Shown here: positions 61,995-64,000 of the stretch, in pieces
Numbering within the stretch: the first letter of the stretch is position 1
How the letters are laid out: each line of letters opens with the position of its first letter
DNA from: Eledone cirrhosa
Lineage: Eukaryota
Reading direction: 5' to 3'
DNA length: 64,000 nt
Assembly: GCA_964016885.1 (NCBI GenBank)
Contig: OZ024740.1
Span: 100,502,001-100,566,000 of the forward strand
Position numbers and translations under genes: made by a program
The notes under the pieces: model-generated
What the model was told of the DNA's origin: nothing
Databases searched by the model: none
Seen by the model: only the letters and a program-made list of their open reading frames with translations

Positions 61995-63362
61995 AGACGT
62001 AAGACGATACAGATTATTGAATCAGCAGGAAAAATTGCTGAAAGAGCACATCAGTGAAAAAATAATTGAGCAGAAGGATGCATGCAAGAAAAAAAATGAG
62101 GCGCTAAGTGCCGTGTTGAGCCGCTGTGTCAAATGACTAGCTGTTTTGTAGTTTATACGTGACCACCAAAGGTCTAACAGAAAACGGATAAAGTCTCACA
62201 TGGGCGAAGTTGCTGTTCTTGCATTAAATGTTAATGGTAAGTGTTGTACCAGTAGCTGTGGATGAAGCTATTATGGTAGTTTACCAGTGCTGGCAAGAAG
62301 ATGATGGGTAGGCGAGAAAATGTCGGCCTTCCAGATGTATTGCCGAAAGTGCTAGGCAGCCAGGAAAAAATGGCTGGTTGCTTTGAAAAGAAAAAAGCAA
62401 GTTTAATCTGTAGGTGGGTAGTAGTTGCAGTGTAAATTCCATAATTCCGGCGAATCCACAGAAGTGGTGGAAATGCTGACAAGTCCAGTTCTATTTGTTG
62501 TTTTCCCAGTGAGTCGGGTAAGGTAACAAGATGGAGGTTGTTATGGGCGATAAGTGTGCAACGAGATGCGAAACTGTTTGAGTTCAGCTGCAATTAGCAT
62601 TCTCGTGTTGCGGTGCCTGTTTGAATCCAGGTGAATTAAGCTCTATGAGTCGCTAGCATGTGACGGCACCTCAACCAGGTGAAAAGGGATCTCGCAGAAT
62701 ATTACGTTTGAAGAACATATACTAAGAACAACAACATGTTGGTGGGTGACAAAGAAATGTGTGCATATGCAGGCGTGTAATACAGCAAAGAAAATGTGTG
62801 GGTGCAGTCATATATACAATGATAGAAAAAAATGAATTTCCATATAATACAGTTTAAAAAAAATAAATGTCCAAAATAAATGCCTGAAAAAAAAAGGAAG
62901 AAAGAAAGAATTGTTTCTTTTCTTTTAACAAAAAGTTCGCTTTTCTTTTCTTTGGGATCGCTCTTACTAGGGAGCTAGTAGAGTTGTTGTTGTTGTTAAA
63001 GCAAAGTCACAATGAATATTCTGTAGAATCGAAGTCGAGCGCTGAAGAGCCTAGAGTCACCAATATGGCAGTCACGTCTGACGCCATAGTGGTGAGAAGA
63101 CTGATGTCTTAATTTCTCGAGTCCCTGTGGTAACGAGACAGATAGTATGGTGGTTGCGTCGGTAAAGTTACAAGCTGCCACATCGCCATTCCCTGGTGTT
63201 GGTTAGTAGTTAGCCATGTGTTGCTGCTGATGGCTGGTCGTAGAGAAGTACTTGGTGGTAGCCGTTTTGAAATTTCCTCGTGGCGTAAATTCTTATTTCT
63301 TTTATACATACACTGCCAATTTTAATCTCATTTCAAAAGGAATATTTTGAACTGAAAATATT

Positions 63363-63376
63363 CGTCGGGGTCACCA
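63363..63376 (-). promoter_or_regulatory. Primer-binding site complementary to tRNA-Trp
   Basis: Minus strand TGGTGACCCCGACG; plus strand CGTCGGGGTCACCA equals the 3' end of metazoan tRNA-Trp(CCA); sits next to the LTR. Confidence 0.85.
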
Positions 63377-63483
63377 CTTTTAGCAGCATAGTATATAAAT
63401 GTTATTGAGACACGAGTAACATAATAATGATGTCAACAGCAGAAATTAGAGATGAAATGTATGTTTATTTTTGTTGTAGCACA

Positions 63484-63598
63484 AATAATTGTTTCTACTT
63501 TAGGCACAAGGCCAGCAATTATCCAGTGCATTACTGGTACTTTATTTTATCGACCCCGTAAGGATGAAAGGCAAAGTCAACCTCGGCGGGATTTGAAC
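63484..63598 (-). mobile_element. 5'-truncated ATT-tailed SINE inside LTR, flanked by 10-bp direct repeat
   Basis: CACAAATAAT at 63480-63489 and 63599-63608. Confidence 0.88.
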
Positions 63599-64000
63599 CA
63601 CAAATAATGTTTGTTAACTTGTATGGTTGAAGTTACACATAAAATGAGGTTACAAAAGGGAATGTGCCATTGTGCCAGGCCCAAGGAAAGCCGGCAGGCC
63701 AAAGTGCAAAATCTCACCGTCACATGTTGTACGTGTTGCTGGTTAGAAGTTCAGGGTGCGAGAGAGAGATTTTTCAAATCTTCGCGGGGAATTTCTTCCT
63801 CAGGGCGCGTAAGGATACATCCTCTTCTACTGGCGCTGATTGGCTGAGCTGAGCCAAATCACGCACGTGAGCCCGCGGAATGTAGGTCACTACATCACCT
63901 CCGAGCAGATTTTCAGCCGAAAATCGTTAATGATGAAGCCGAGGACCCACAGATTATTGAATCAGCAAGAACAAATGCTGAAAGAGTATGTGAGGCCGCG

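Larger units (their letters stand above)
61414..63894 (-). mobile_element. Non-autonomous LTR retroelement: LTR 63379-63894, PBS, ~1.4-kb non-coding interior, PPT, LTR 61414-61981
   Basis: Two highly similar direct repeats starting TGTAGTG on the minus strand; PBS and PPT in the expected positions; no gag/pol ORF recognised. Confidence 0.88.

Noticed and set aside
62000-63360. gag/pol remnants in the LTR element interior
   Set aside because: ORFs of 120 aa or less, with no zinc knuckle, protease, RT or integrase motif recognised.
63363-63376. tRNA-Trp gene
   Set aside because: Only the 3'-terminal 14 nt including CCA, next to an LTR, so a PBS. SINE heads also lack full cloverleaves.

Overview
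AT-rich, microsatellite-dense eukaryotic DNA made almost entirely of transposable elements. No host exon could be supported. The repeat types resemble those of octopus/cephalopod genomes, but this is an inference from memory. The main structure is a ~20 kb pile-up (660-20660) of non-LTR retroelements inside one (ATT/TAA)n microsatellite. It holds an R4/Dong-type RLE element (minus strand, open ORF) head-to-head with a near full-length L1/Tx1-type element (intact 1139-aa ORF2). These are followed by an RTE, more Tx1 copies and tRNA-type SINEs, nearly all joined by ATT repeats. The commonest SINE shares its 3' end with the Tx1 elements and inserts at ATTATT, suggesting a target-specific Tx1 LINE/SINE partnership. 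Also present: a young RTE family with a PHD-like finger inside the RT, Penelope-like remnants with hammerhead-ribozyme motifs, mariner- and hAT-type MITEs, a gypsy RNase H relic, and a non-coding tRNA-Trp-primed LTR element that appears tandemly arrayed.
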